Below, piece by piece: positions 12,789 to 26,330 of a stretch of DNA of 52,791 nt. Source of the stretch: Octopus bimaculoides (Eukaryota); the NCBI RefSeq assembly GCF_001194135.2, contig NC_068995.1:972558-1025348 (forward strand), written 5' to 3'. Made by a program: the position numbers and the translations under genes. A model generated the notes under the pieces. The model was not told the DNA's origin. It ran no database searches and saw only the letters and a list, made by a program, of their open reading frames with translations. The number at the start of each line of letters is the position of its first letter. Positions within the stretch are counted from its first letter, which is position 1.

Positions 12789-13159
12789 GTAAGTATATGT
12801 GTTTATGTATATATTTATATACATATATATATATACATATATACATATACATATATGCATACATATACTTACAGATGTGTATCTGATTGCATGCATGTAG
12901 GCGTGTACGTGTGCGTGTGTGTTCTATATGTATGTATGTCTGGTAATGTGCCTCACATGAATTCAACAGACTCCACTTCCGTCAATCCACTGCCCCTCGT
13001 CTGATCTGTTTTGACAAACTTAACCTCGGTAGGAGTTGAACTAAAAACTTAAAGGACCGTAGCAAATACTGCCAGGTTTTATTACCCGATTCTTCATGAA
13101 TGAACCATCCCACATAGGTGTGCATGTGCGCTTGCATATGTATCTAGGTTTTCGCTAAA

Positions 13160-13640
13160 TAGGTAGGTCTCTCAGGCATTTTGGAAGGATATTGAAGAGC
13201 TGTGGCCCCACTGAAGCCCAAGCTGTTGCAGTATCTGGACCTGTATCTTGATGGAGATGCTGGGATCTTTGGCACTATGCAGTGACGCCCCCTTCTGCTG
13301 CTTGTGTAAGTTTCAATGCCAAAGTTTGGTACAAGTCCTTCCAGGATTTTCCAGATGTATATCACTGCGTATCTTTCCTGCCTTTGTTCCGGGGAGAAGA
13401 GTTTTAATTGTTTCAGTCTTTCTTTCCCAGTAGCTGATACGTTGGATTCAGACGATTTTCTTTGTGTTGCTTCGTTGCATTGCTTCGAATTCCACCGTTA
13501 ATTTTATATTGTGTGGTGACCATTGCTGGGAGCAGTAGTCCAAGCGGCTGAGGACGTATACCCTTCAAAGGACCATCATCGTCTACAATTCTCTCGTTGT
13601 GAAAGTTCGAAGGATCCATCCAGCTGGTCGTCTGCATTTT
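13160..13640 (-). mobile_element. CR1-group LINE ORF2 C-terminal relic (frameshifted, with stops)
   Basis: Joining frames gives GWILRTFTTREL*TMMVL*RVYVLSRLDYCSQQWSPH...EAMQR...SYWER/LKQLKLFSPEQRQERYAVIYIWKILEGLVPNF...RRGRHC...GPQLFNILPKCLRDL, the post-RT region typical of CR1/L2-group LINEs. Confidence 0.85.
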
Positions 13641-13774
13641 ATTACCAAGCAATCTTATTACTAAGCCTTTTGCCTGGTGTGCTCACGATTCTGCTAGCTT
13701 GCTGCCTTTATTGCAATATTACTATAAAATAATATCATATCATATCATATCATATTATATTAATATGGTAATTC

Positions 13775-13955
13775 CAGACAAGGTGCTTCGCAGCATTTCG
13801 TCCGTCATCGCGTTCTGAGTTCGAATTCCACCGAGGTTGACCTTGTCTTTCATCCTTTCGGAGTTGACATTATGAATACCAGCTGAGTACTGGAGTTGAT
13901 GCAATCGACTTACCCACTCCTCGAAATTTCTGGCCTTGTGCCAAAATTTGAAACC
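13775..13955 (+). mobile_element. SINE family A
   Basis: gttctgagttcgaattccaccgaggttgaccttgtctttcatcctttcgg...ggccttgtgccaaaatttgaaacc. Confidence 0.85.
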
Positions 13956-14893
13956 GCTGTTAATATAGTAATTGAAAGAATTTGTTAAACACTTTAATAT
14001 TTTAGTATTAAAGAAATAAACAAATATGCTTTTATTCATTCGCTATTTATATTTAATAATCATTTTAAAATACAGCCAAACAGTATAATTATCTGTGCAA
14101 CACTTAACTTTTAATAGTGTATCAACTTCCGTCTGTAGCTACATATGGATACATAATACAGAGAGACATACATACATTACACACACGCACATATATATAT
14201 ATATATATATATATGTTTATATATATATATATATATATATATATGTTTATATATATAATTAAACGGAAATACAGAGCCTATTAAAACTTAATGTGCTGCA
14301 GATAGAGGTCCGATTTGGTTTATTTTAAAATAAATTATTGAAAAGAAAATAAATGTGTATATTCATGTATGTTATATTATATTCTGTACGAGTAAGTGTC
14401 TATATATATACATATATATACCTGCGTATGTGTATATGTGTATATATGTATATAAATGGGGTCGCGTGTGTGTTTGTGTAAACGGAAGTTAGTAGACTAA
14501 TGAACCTTTATAAGTTTATATGTAAGAGGGTGTATATATATACGAAGTATTTATTAAACTAATGATTAAAAGCACAAATAATATATAAGTAAATATAATT
14601 GAATTTCTTTTTTTATTCCTCGCGAAATTCACTAATATCAAATGATTTGTTCAAATTATAATTAATCATAACATTTCCAATAAAAACAATATAATTATAC
14701 AAAAATATTAATAGATTGATTAAATCTAATTATTATTTCATTAATTATAATTTTTAAAGATGTATTTGTTAATTGAACTAGGATTATCATATATTTTAAT
14801 AATGTAGATATTTTATGAATCTAACGTACGGTATATGTTATACGGAGATGAAGTTTATTATTAAGAATGTATATAAATATATACATTCATACA

Positions 14894-15190
14894 TCTAATA
14901 TATAGATGGAAATTTCTGTCTGTCTGTCTGTCAGTAATCATCTTAGTGCCTAAACCAGCGAGCTAATATTCACGCAACTTTGCATACGTTACACTAACAT
15001 CCAGTTCAATTATAGGCTAATTGGATTTTTTAAAAAAAGCTATAATGTGCCCCTCGGGAGTGTTGGGCGGATTATATGATAAAATAAGAGGGTTTCAAAA
15101 AGTATTAGGCTGAGGGAAAGGTAGTAACAGAAAGAGGCTGATTTATAACAGTGAAGGCGAAAACAGCGGTGATAATAGGGTGATTACGTT
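14894..15190 (+). mobile_element. possible non-autonomous Helitron-like element, 5' part
   Basis: Starts A|TCTAATATATAG followed by a (CTGT)n tract, a layout common at non-autonomous Helitron 5' ends. No 3' hairpin/CTRR end was found. Confidence 0.3.
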
Positions 15191-15249
15191 AATACAGCTG
15201 TCATACACACGCGACACTGCATATATACTTTCGTAAATATATAGATACA

Positions 15250-15282
<33 letters not shown>

Positions 15283-16587
15283 GAAAGGTGGGCATGAGGA
15301 ATACGTACCTTTAGGGAGAGAGGGGGTAACTGGATTTTTTGCTGTCCATTGCAAAGAAACACTCACACTCAATTTTACCTAATCAGAAAACATGATTTGG
15401 AAGATTGCATTTTCTACATGACAACTGCATGATAGCTGGCATTTTCTGCATGAAAACTGTCTACCACGAAATGAAAGCAAAATCATTAGGAGGAGGAATT
15501 TTTATTAAACAAACTAAGGTAAAGCATTACGACGATCAAAGTTGTAAGAACTTCTGAAGTTTTAATAAATAAAGTCATGCGAAACGGTCGAACAGACATG
15601 TAAATAATTTTAAATGGCAAAAAATTCTCAACGAAGTTGTTTGGCAAAAATTGCGCAAATCTGTCCTGATCAAGAGGCCTGTCTGTCGGGGAAGACATGC
15701 TCTGATATGGAATAAATAAAAAATTTATAGAAGACATTCTATTGTAAAAATTGCCTGGCAACGACGNNNNNNNNNNNNNNNNNNNNNNNNNNNNNNNNNN
15801 NNNNNNNNNNNNNNNNNNNNNNNNNNNNNNNNNNNNNNNNNNNNNNNNNNNNNNNNNNNNNNNNNNNNNNNNNNNNNNNNNNNNNNNNNNNNNNNNNNNN
15901 NNNNNNNNNNNNNNNNNNNNNNNNNNNNNNNNNNNNNNNNNNNNNNNNNNNNNNNNNNNNNNNNNNNNNNNNNNNNNNNNNNNNNNNNNNNNNNNNNNNN
16001 NNNNNNNNNNNNNNNNNNNNNNNNNNNNNNNNNNNNNNNNNNNNNNNNNNNNNNNNNNNNNNNNNNNNNNNNNNNNNNNNNNNNNNNNNNNNNNNNNNNN
16101 NNNNNNNNNNNNNNNNNNNNNNNNNNNNNNNNNNNNNNNNNNNNNNNNNNNNNNNNNNNNNNNNNNNNNNNNNNNNNNNNNNNNNNNNNNNNNNNNNNNN
16201 NNNNNNNNNNNNNNNNNNNNNNNNNNNNNNNNNNNNNNNNNNNNNNNNNNNNNNNNNNNNNNNNNNNNNNNNNNNNNNNNNNNNNNNNNNNNNNNNNNNN
16301 NNNNNNNNNNNNNNNNNNNNNNNNNNNNNNNNNNNNNNNNNNNNNNNNNNNNNNNNNNNNNNNNNNNNNNNNNNNNNNNNNNNNNNNNNNNNNNNNNNNN
16401 NNNNNNNNNNNNNNNNNNNNNNNNNNNNNNNNNNNNNNNNNNNNNNNNNNNNNNNNNNNNNNNNNNNNNNNNNNNNNNNNNNNNNNNNNNNNNNNNNNNN
16501 NNNNNNNNNNNNNNNNNNNNNNNNNNNNNNNNNNNNNNNNNNNNNNNNNNNNNNNNNNNNNNNNNNNNNNNNNNNNNNNNNNNNNNN

Positions 16588-16633
<46 letters not shown>

Positions 16634-16717
16634 TGTACATTTTCACAAGTCCATTAGTCATCAAATTACACCTACTTATACATACACACGCATGCAGAGG
16701 GAGAAAGAAAGAGAAAG

Positions 16718-16767
<50 letters not shown>

Positions 16768-16801
16768 NNNNNNNNNNGAGGGAGAAAGAAAGAGAAAGAG
16801 C

Positions 16802-16863
<62 letters not shown>

Positions 16864-17184
16864 GAGATGGAAAGAAAAGTATTTTTTTTATTTTCCTTCC
16901 AAGATTTGAAACATATATTGTTGTAGTATGGCAGTGCCATATATATATATATATATCCTAACATATAATTGCCAACCAAGTGTGGCGTCCTATACAGGAC
17001 AGTGCTACTGACGTTTATAGCCCCAGAAAGACATCTCTTCCAGCTGACTAACGACATACATTCTGTGTCCGATTAGTATTTGCGAGGGGAGGTCATCGCT
17101 TCCATCTCTAGCCTTACGTGATACACACAGACTCCAGTTTCTGGGTGGTTACCCGTCCTCAGTGTGTGTTAATCGATAATAAAG

Positions 17185-17333
17185 ACCCCAGTGCACAACT
17201 GGTATTTATTTTATCACCACTGAAAGAATGTAAGGCAAAATCGACCCCGGCAGAATTTGAAATCAAAACGGACGAAATGCCGCTAAGCATTTTTCCCAGG
17301 CATGTTAGTGATTTTGCCAGCTCGTTGCTTTCT
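17185..17333 (-). mobile_element. SINE family A
   Basis: ...cagaatttgaaatcaaaacggacgaaatgccgctaagcatttttcccaggcatgttagtgattttgccagctcg is the reverse complement of the family A head. Confidence 0.82.
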
Positions 17334-18002
17334 CTCTCGTCTGTAAGATGAGTGGATTAAATACACAGCCAGTGTGTGTAATTGTGTGTGTTTGTTTCTG
17401 TTTATNNNNNNNNNNNNNNNNNNNNNNNNNNNNNNNNNNNNNNNNNNNNNNNNNNNNNNNNNNNNNNNNNNNNNNNNNNNNNNNNNNNNNNNNNNNNNNN
17501 NNNNNNNNNNNNNNNNNNNNNNNNNNNNNNNNNNNNNNNNNNNNNNNNNNNNNNNNNNNNNNNNNNNNNNNNNNNNNNNNNNNNNNNNNNNNNNNNNNNN
17601 NNNNNNNATATATATATCTACAAACATATATAATGATGGAGAGGTAGAACAAGGAGATACTGATAGAAAACTACACAAGGAGCAGACTTGTTTTGCACTC
17701 AAGACAGCTGTTATTTATGAAATTAAGGAAACACTAGGTTTTAGAAAACTGTTTATTGGTCGTTAGAGAGTCACTCTCTTCTATTAGCGCAATATTAATG
17801 ATAAATTAATGACCAAAAGAAGCATATTTTATTTCCTATTTTCTCTTGTAATTTTGATGATTAATAATGTTGTTAATATTCCGTTCCTACTCCCTAAATT
17901 TCTAGTCCTTTTTTTTATCACCTACATTAGAGTTTTTATATCATCGTCATCATCATCATCATCATTATCATCATCATCATCATCATCATTATTAGTATTA
18001 TT

Positions 18003-18044
<42 letters not shown>

Positions 18045-18678
18045 TTGATTGTCATCTTCTTTCAGTTCTGTTTCCGTTTCTTGCTGAGTGTCTTCCTGAC
18101 ACCTAGGGCAGAGAAGCGGCGGAATTTGAATTCCAGATGAACCAGAAATATTAACCAAAATATAAACTAACGTGCGTGTTAACAGCCACAGAAAACAAGT
18201 AATTTTGTACAGCACCAACCAGAATAGTCCTAAATATGTCAAATCCTTCTGATTTAATGAAATATTTCTTTAGAGAATTAATTATTCAAAATAAATCACT
18301 CGGTTCACTGTTCCGTGAATGTCATACTTGATACAGACCCAAGCCTAAACGACGAGTCTAAGTACTTTGCGTTTCTCTTACACGTCTGTTGACTTCGTAC
18401 ATTCGTGTCAATTTTGTTATGCTTGGCGACATTTTCTTTTTACTGTCTTTAAGAAGGTTACGCTATTTACTTTCGGTAGCTTGTGAGAAACAAAAAGCTA
18501 TCCTTGACAGTTCTTTGATGTAAGGTAAAAACTTGTAAGTTCGATCCCAGTTCCAAATGAGTTGAAGCCTCGTGGTCTAACCAAGGGATCCACTTCTAAG
18601 TCGACAATAAATATATTAATCGAACGTAAGAGACGTAATTCTGTTTGCACACGCAAATACACGTAGGCACCATCATAT

Positions 18679-18715
<37 letters not shown>

Positions 18716-19713
18716 TACACATACACACACACACTCTCCGAGATGCGTGCAAAGCAAGGAAATCGTTCTAAATATGTTGTTTGTGTCAGAGCATTGCTGA
18801 CGAAGTCGTTGTCATTTGTTGGATGAATACGGAAACGATCGTACGTGAAGATCGGCTCCCTGCATTCGTTTGGTCATGAAACGCCGGCAGTTTTCCACTG
18901 TCTGGTAGTAAGGGTCAAAGTGAATGCATGATGTACAGGGTTTAAAGAACTGAAGCCCGACATTTTCCTATTCGGCCAAGCCCTCCTCAGTATTTTTTCA
19001 TTCGTCTCTTAGAGAAAAATAAGCATGGAGACGGAAATACCGTTCCCCCTCACCCCAGTAAATTTACTGAAATATGTATGAGAGTGTCATGTATAAACCA
19101 AGAGAATGGGCTTCTGCTCTGCATATTTCTTGTGGGTCTTTAACCCTTTCATAGAGTTGTAAGGACGTCGTCGTTGTGACATACGGCGTGTCTCGGATAT
19201 TTTCAGACCTAGTCGAGCACCCATCTCTCTCTCTCTCGGTCTGACCGCAGCCGATTTCTTCCAGAGAAAGAGACAAACAGACAAAGAAAAAGAGAGTGAG
19301 AAGGACCGACCTCAGTACAGGATCGACATTATATTTATGAATCACCGAAAGGATTAAAATGAACTGTGGTAGGATTTGAACACAGAGGGCAAGTATCCGG
19401 AACGATTACTGCAAATTAATTTATTTGACGCTCTAATGATTCCACCAAACTGGTTTTGTTATTCTGCGGACACCTATGGTGAAGAACTCAGTTGGAAAAG
19501 ATTATTTGTACTTCCATATTAAAGTTAATTCTGGATCTGTGGAGTCCCCTGATTGGACCCCTTCTGGCTGTCCACCTAATAAAGGCTTTCATTTCCTGTT
19601 TTTATTGTTTTACGCCGGTTTTCTCATCTTTGATTCTGTGTAACCTCCCCCATCGTTTTATAATTTCTCCTTGTGACGCCGCTATCCGTTGCACTTGTGG
19701 TAATAATAAAGAA

Positions 19714-19917
19714 AGAGCTGGCAGAATCGTTAGTGCGTCGCACAAAAAGCTCATGGCATTCCATCCGGTTCTGAGTTCAAATGCCGCCAACGTTGACTTT
19801 GCCTTTCGTCTTTTCAAGGTCGATGAATTAAGTACCAGTAGTGAACTGAGGGGTCGATATAATCGACAAGCGACCTTCCCCAAAATTTCAGGCCTTGCGC
19901 CTTTAGAAGAAAGAATC
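19714..19917 (+). mobile_element. SINE family A, near full length
   Basis: gagctggcagaatcgttag (A box) ...gagttcaaatgcc (B box) ...ggggtcgatataatcgac...caaaatttcaggccttgcgcc, followed by an (ATC)n tail. Confidence 0.88.
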
Positions 19918-20502
19918 GCCATCATCATCATCATTGTCACCGTCATCATCATCATCATCATCATCATTATTATCATTATTATTTGTCATTAAGGTGAGGA
20001 AGTAACAGGGTAGGCAGAAGAGCAAAAGAAATGCTTGGCTTTTTTTTTCCTGACGGGTCCATTCTACTCACACCCCGACTCCCGTCCTTTACATCGTTCT
20101 CCTTCTCCCATACACATGTCCTTCATCCCCCACTCCTCCTCCTCCTCCTCCTTCCCCTCATATGTTATGGCGGAGTTAAGTATTATTCAAGGATTATCCA
20201 ACTGGGAATTACCCCCACCCACCCACATCCCACAACATGCATTTTATTCTCGTTTGCTCTTTTGTTTTCTAATCGCCTTTCCCTATGGTGTTGGAAGTAA
20301 TGCGCATGCGCACGCACGCACACATACACACAAACATACACACATACATGAATTCGCATACACACTTATGTATGCATGTGTATACATGTGTATGTGCATG
20401 TGCGTATATACGTAGGAGTGTGCATGTAAGTACGCATGTATCGATGTATATGTAAGTACAAATACGTGCACCAAATCTGAATAAAATTGAATGAAAACAT
20501 AC

Positions 20503-20546
<44 letters not shown>

Positions 20547-21333
20547 ATATACATACACACATATATATTCATATATACATTTGCACACACGCGCGCACGC
20601 ACAATTCTTTCACCCCGTTGCAGACACAACACAGTTTGTGTTTTTTCAATAAGTCGACATTCATTTACTGAAGAAAAAGATAATTGAGTCGAGATGATAA
20701 AGGGAGGGAGAGAGAGAGAGCGAAAAAATACATTGATAGAATGAAAAAGAACGAAAGAAAGAAACAAACAAATAAATCAGCAAACATTTGAATAAAGGAA
20801 AAGGAGACAAAAAGTGAAAAGAAAAAGAGAACGTTCGAGAAGGACACAGAAGGAATTGTGGGAAAATTTACGAAAAATGAAAATGGTGGAAAACTATGAA
20901 ATGATTGTTGTTATTGTTATGGTGTTGGTGGTGGGAGGGTTATTCCATGGGCCGTGATTGTTATTGTTCTGATGATGGTCACGGTGATGATGACGATGAT
21001 GAAGATGATGATGTTTTTTTTTTTTGTGTGTTGTTGCCTAGTCTCAGGTCATCTTTCACTGAGAAGATACGACCAAAAACGCTCCACTACTTATCACTGC
21101 GACTTTTGTTTCGACAAAAGTGCATCGAAGACTGCATAATATAATGAGTTCTTATGTTATTTAAGACGGTCTCGCTGCTATTTCTACTAAATCAAACCAT
21201 TTCGCTGAGGCGCTCACGTTGAGTCGCTTATGCAATTAATAATAATACTAAAAACATGTTAAACGAAAGATGTAGCTACGTTTTCTGAAAAATCAACGTT
21301 TTGAACTTACGACACCTTTGCATAATAGCAACG

Positions 21334-21371
<38 letters not shown>

Positions 21372-22738
21372 TAGCAGTATAGCCCATGTGTGTACATGTG
21401 TGTATGAATATGTGTGTGCGTTTATGTATGTATAATGCATGTAAAAGAATAGCGGGTGAAGTAGTAATTAGTGTTGGGCAGAAGTGCAATTAACGGGGGA
21501 GTGGGAAGTGGAGGTGGGGGTTAGTTAAATTGTTTTTGTTTCTGTGTGGATCCTGTTTACAATGACTAGGGATTTCTGCTGATGGAACAGACCACCAAGG
21601 AAGTGAGACAAATAGGAAAAGGGTGAGGGGTGACTGGATGGTGGAGGTGTTAGCGGTGATGGTGGCGTTGGGTTATACTGGAAGTGGAATTGGCAGGTAT
21701 GATGGTGGTGGTGGTGGTGGTGGTGGTGGTGGTGGTGGTGATATCGATATGAATGGATGATAAGTACGCCACAAAACAAAATAATTCCATTTCAGAACAA
21801 AACCTCAATAAAATACGATACGTACAGATGGTACAGGCTTGAACACCACAACACAACATTAGACAATACATATAATACAATGCAGCCAACACTGCAGAAC
21901 ATTACACAACACTATCCAACCGTCTTAAACTGCCCGGGACACTTAGATGTCCAGGGAGCCAATAGTTATCCCTGTGACATACATGCAAGGACCCTAGGGT
22001 ACGGTTTGACCCGGGAGGGTGGCGTTCAATGTGGAGTTCTAATGTTGTTAATATGCCGAATAGATCAGGACACCAATAATTATTATAAAACAGGATCCTT
22101 ACGCACCACTCCACACAATTCCAACAGAACAAATTGCAACAAAACGCACCTCAGCTGTACAACATGAAGCAATAACGCGATTTTCTATGCAGTTGCTCAA
22201 CTTGGAGGAAATATCAGCCAAATCTTACATCACACCGTTTTAAAAGAAACTCATTGAATACTGAGGTCGTAAATGTATATTATTCCTGAAGACAAGAGAG
22301 AAGTGGTCATTGTCGGAAAGGCTTTGAGCATTTGTCTGCTCGATGAAAGGTTGACACGGAGTTAAATAACAAGAATAACAACAATATAAGGCTCACGCGC
22401 CAACGTTTTAAAAACAATTTCTATCGCGGTTTGTTTGGTGAAAATAGATGACTGTTTTGATAAAGAAGGTGGCGGTGGTGGTGGTGGTGGTGGTGGAGAA
22501 GAGAGTGAAAGAGAGAGAGAGACGTTGAGATAGAAGGAGAAGATGTTTAGAAAGAGAGGAGAATTAGAGAGAGAAAGATACTGAACGAGAGAGTGTGTGT
22601 GTGTGTAAAGGAGAGATAGAGTAGAAGTGATAGTGAAAGAGAGAGGGAGAGAGGAGGATGTAAAGACCACACAGACTGTGGAGAGTGTGTGTGGAAGGAA
22701 AGAGATGCAAAATAAAATAATGAAAGAATGACAGAGAA

Positions 22739-22768
22739 GAATGAATGAATGAACGAATGAATGAATGA

Positions 22769-22837
<69 letters not shown>

Positions 22838-22910
22838 AAGACAGAAAGAAATAAAGAAAGAAAGAAAAAGAAAGAAAGGAAAGAAAGAAAGAAAAAAGAA
22901 AGAGAATATA
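22739..22910. repeat. compound (GAAT)n-(ATAG)n-(GAAA)n tetranucleotide array
   Basis: Direct reading. Confidence 0.93.
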
Positions 22911-24000
22911 AAAAGACAATGAAGAAGTAACAAAACAAGAAAGATGAAAGATAAAACAAAGAAATAAGGAACAAATGCGAATGAATGAAATGGATTCTTT
23001 CGCAAGAAATGGCGGCATGACCAAAGTGAAGATTGGAGACGAAAATATATTTACATTATTATTTAATAGAAGGTCTTTATTATAGATTATTGCTGTTGTT
23101 GTTGCTGCTGTAAATGAAGTTAATTATTTTGATTTATTATTGCTATTGTTGTTGTTGTTCTTTGTGGCGGCGGCGGTGGTGGTGGTAGCGGCGCAGTGGT
23201 GGTGGCAGTGATGGTGGCGGCGGCGGTAGTGGTGGTGGCGGTTGATATGTTTGTAATTCTGTACAAACATATTTCTATGCTGAAATATTTACAATCGTGA
23301 TTTCTTTGGCCCAGAGAAAAAAGGATCGAGAATAACCTCACTTTCTTTACACGTATTATACATACGTGCGTATATATATATATATACATACACATATCTC
23401 GCACACACAAATTCACACACGCACACACACACACACAAACATACACACACGCACAAACACCATTGTTGAACCATTGTGATACTCTGGTTTGAGTTTTTAA
23501 ATTAAGGCAACGAAATCTCGGGTTATGTTGAATTTTAAGCGTCCATTGAACGGTGGGTTGAATCAAATTATTTCATTACTCATTCCATTGCTTTTCGTTC
23601 TTGAATAATGAACAGATTGTTCTAAATTCTTTGGACGCGCTATATTAGTGCAATATGTTGATAATTGGTGGCTTCAATTCAAAGTTGCCTTACCTGAAGA
23701 AATCTTAGATTTCCTCTTTGTTCTGCTACTTGCTATGGTTTTGATATCTTAGCAGAATTTGGAATCGTTGTCTGTGAGCAGAACTTCTGCTTTCCATTTG
23801 CTTGCTGTTTCTTCGCCTCATATTATAACTTGGAAGTTAACTCTGCATTTGTTGATGTTGACTGTAATATAATTGTCTCACACACGTACCTCATGTATGG
23901 CCAATTTGTTTGTGTGAAGACTGCTAGGCTATCGTCATTGTACAGTCCAATGATGTGGGTATGTACATATGTATGTGTGTGCGTGCGTGCATGTGTGTAT

Positions 24001-24054
<54 letters not shown>

Positions 24055-24331
24055 ATGGTGCGTGGTTGAGTTCGACTTTATTGTATCACAATGTGTGTTA
24101 TCAGTCAAATACATATTTCAAAGAATGATTATACCTAATTATATATGAGTATGAAACAGTGTGTGTGTGTATGTGCGTGACATGCATGTGCTTGCATTTG
24201 CATATATTTGCATATATGCATACACAAACACATGTATAAGTATATATGTGTTTGTGTATATGTGTGTGTATCTATAAATATATATACATGTACTACACTT
24301 TAATTCTCTCACTATCACTCCTCCCCTTTCC

Positions 24332-24387
<56 letters not shown>

Positions 24388-24953
24388 NNNNNNNNNNNNN
24401 NNNNNNNNNNNNNNNNNNNNNNNNNNNNNNNNNNNNNNNNNNNNNNNNNNNNNNNNNNNNNNNNNNNNNNNNNNNNNNNNNNNNNNNNNNNNNNNNNNNN
24501 NNNNNNNNNNNNNNNNNNNNNNNNNNNNNNNNNNNNNNNNNNNNNNNNNNNNNNNNNNNNNNNNNNNNNNNNNNNNNNNNNNNNNNNNNNNNNNNNNNNN
24601 NNNNNNNNNNNNNNNNNNNNNNNNNNNNNNNNNNNNNNNNNNNNNNNNNNNNNNNNNNNNNNNNNNNNNNNNNNNNNNNNNNNNNNNNNNNNNNNNNNNN
24701 NNNNNNNNNNNNNNNNNNNNNNNNNNNNNNNNNNNNNNNNNNNNNNNNNNNNNNNNNNNNNNNNNNNNNNNNNNNNNNNNNNNNNNNNNNNNNNNNNNNN
24801 NNNNNNNNNNNNNNNNNNNNNNNNNNNNNNNNNNNNNNNNNNNNNNNNNNNNNNNNNNNNNNNNNNNNNNNNNNNNNNNNNNNNNNNNNNNNNNNNNNNN
24901 NNNNNNNNNNNNNNNNNNNNNNNNNNNNNNNNNNNNNNNNNNNNNNNNNNNNN

Positions 24954-25003
<50 letters not shown>

Positions 25004-25064
25004 TATATATATATATATATATATCGGGTGAGATTTGGTTCATCATAGTTCTGGTGGTGAGCGG

Positions 25065-25218
25065 GGGCGACGGCGTTGGTGGTGGTGATGGTGCTGTTAG
25101 TAGTAGTGGTGGTGATGGTGGTGGTACTGTCGTTGATAAAGATAATGGTCATCATAATGAAAATGATGATGGTCACAGTGATGATGATGATGATGATGGT
25201 GAAGACGACAATCACGAC

Positions 25219-25250
<32 letters not shown>

Positions 25251-25300
25251 GGAGGAGGAGGAGGAGGAGGAGGATGGTGAGGATGGTGATGGATGTCGAG
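25065..25300. repeat. compound (GGT)/(GAT)/(GAG) trinucleotide array
   Basis: Direct reading. It produces poly-D/E/M/H pseudo-ORFs. Confidence 0.9.
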
Positions 25301-26164
25301 GANNNNNNNNNNNNNNNNNNNNNNNNNNNNNNNNNNNNNNNNNNNNNNNNNNNNNNNNNNNNNNNNNNNNNNNNNNNNNNNNNNNNNNNNNNNNNNNNNN
25401 NNNNNNNNNNNNNNNNNNNNNNNNNNNNNNNNNNNNNNNNNNNNNNNNNNNNNNNNNNNNNNNNNNNNNNCTACCCCCACCACCTCAGGACACAAAGACC
25501 CAGAACAACATCGAGAACAGTTATGGTTTTATGGGAAACTTAGGAAAATAAAGGTACGCAATTTTACACTCTGCTGAATAGGATATGGGGCGTGGGGGGG
25601 GGGGGTATCATTGTGTGTGTGTACTTGCACACACATACATGTAGATATATTTGTGTGTATGAGTGTGTGTGTATGAGTGTATTTATATATTTATACACAC
25701 ACACACATGTCCTGTATATATTAGACAGACAGACAGACAGATAGATAATGCATATATATACATATTGAAAACCAGATTTCCAATTAAAAAGTATTGAATG
25801 CGTATGTATGTGTGCGTGTATGTGTGCGTGTATGCATGTGTGCGTGTATGTGTGCGTGTATGTGTGCGTGTATGCATGTATGTATGCATGTATGTATGTA
25901 TGTATGTATGTATGTAAGAGTAACGAAGTCTTTGAAAAGACGTTTTACACGTATATATATACGCACACATATATTTGTAAACATTCAAATATATCTAAGA
26001 ATGCATGTGTGTGTGCGCGCACGCGTATGTATGTATAAAGTCGCATACATACATGCATATGTGTGAGTGTATCGAGACAATGAGCATCACTGTATCTGTC
26101 TTCTCTACGCACTCGAAATAACAACCAAATCTCCCTAAATTTGCACACCCTGCCGCCAACCTAG

Positions 26165-26330
26165 ATCCTTAAACGGCCCTTTTGTTTCCCAAAATACATT
26201 TATTATTTGCTCCATCCAACCCTTATATCCTTCTGCTTTTAGTTCTCGCTGATTCTTCCGAAACCATTGGAGCAATTCTTCATCCATATGGTAACATCTA
26301 TCGCCTGTGTGTATTCTTAGAATCATTCAG
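26165..26330 (-). mobile_element. Helitron RepHel N-terminal region relic
   Basis: MDEELLQWFRKNQRELKAEGYKGWMEQI resembles the Helitron motif E..RL.W.R.NQ..LRAE.Y.GL.D.I. A broken F*EY upstream matches the FQQY motif. Confidence 0.55.

Noticed and set aside
12470-12850. Apparent ~110-bp direct repeat flanking a gap (also 16690-16860 and 49085-49210)
   Set aside because: Near-identical sequence on both sides of an N-run indicates unmerged overlapping contig ends, most likely an assembly artefact.
18960-18997. Minus-strand CTGAGGA-G-GGC-TTG-GCC-GAAT hammerhead-like string
   Set aside because: GAAT instead of GAAA, and neither stem I nor stem III forms.
21371-21385. CTAGCAGTATAGCCC as a Helitron 3' end on the minus strand
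   Set aside because: Only 15 bp and the subterminal hairpin is absent.
21757-22330. 136-aa ORF and adjacent unique-looking sequence
   Set aside because: No recognisable motif in any frame. Probably a decayed unknown repeat.
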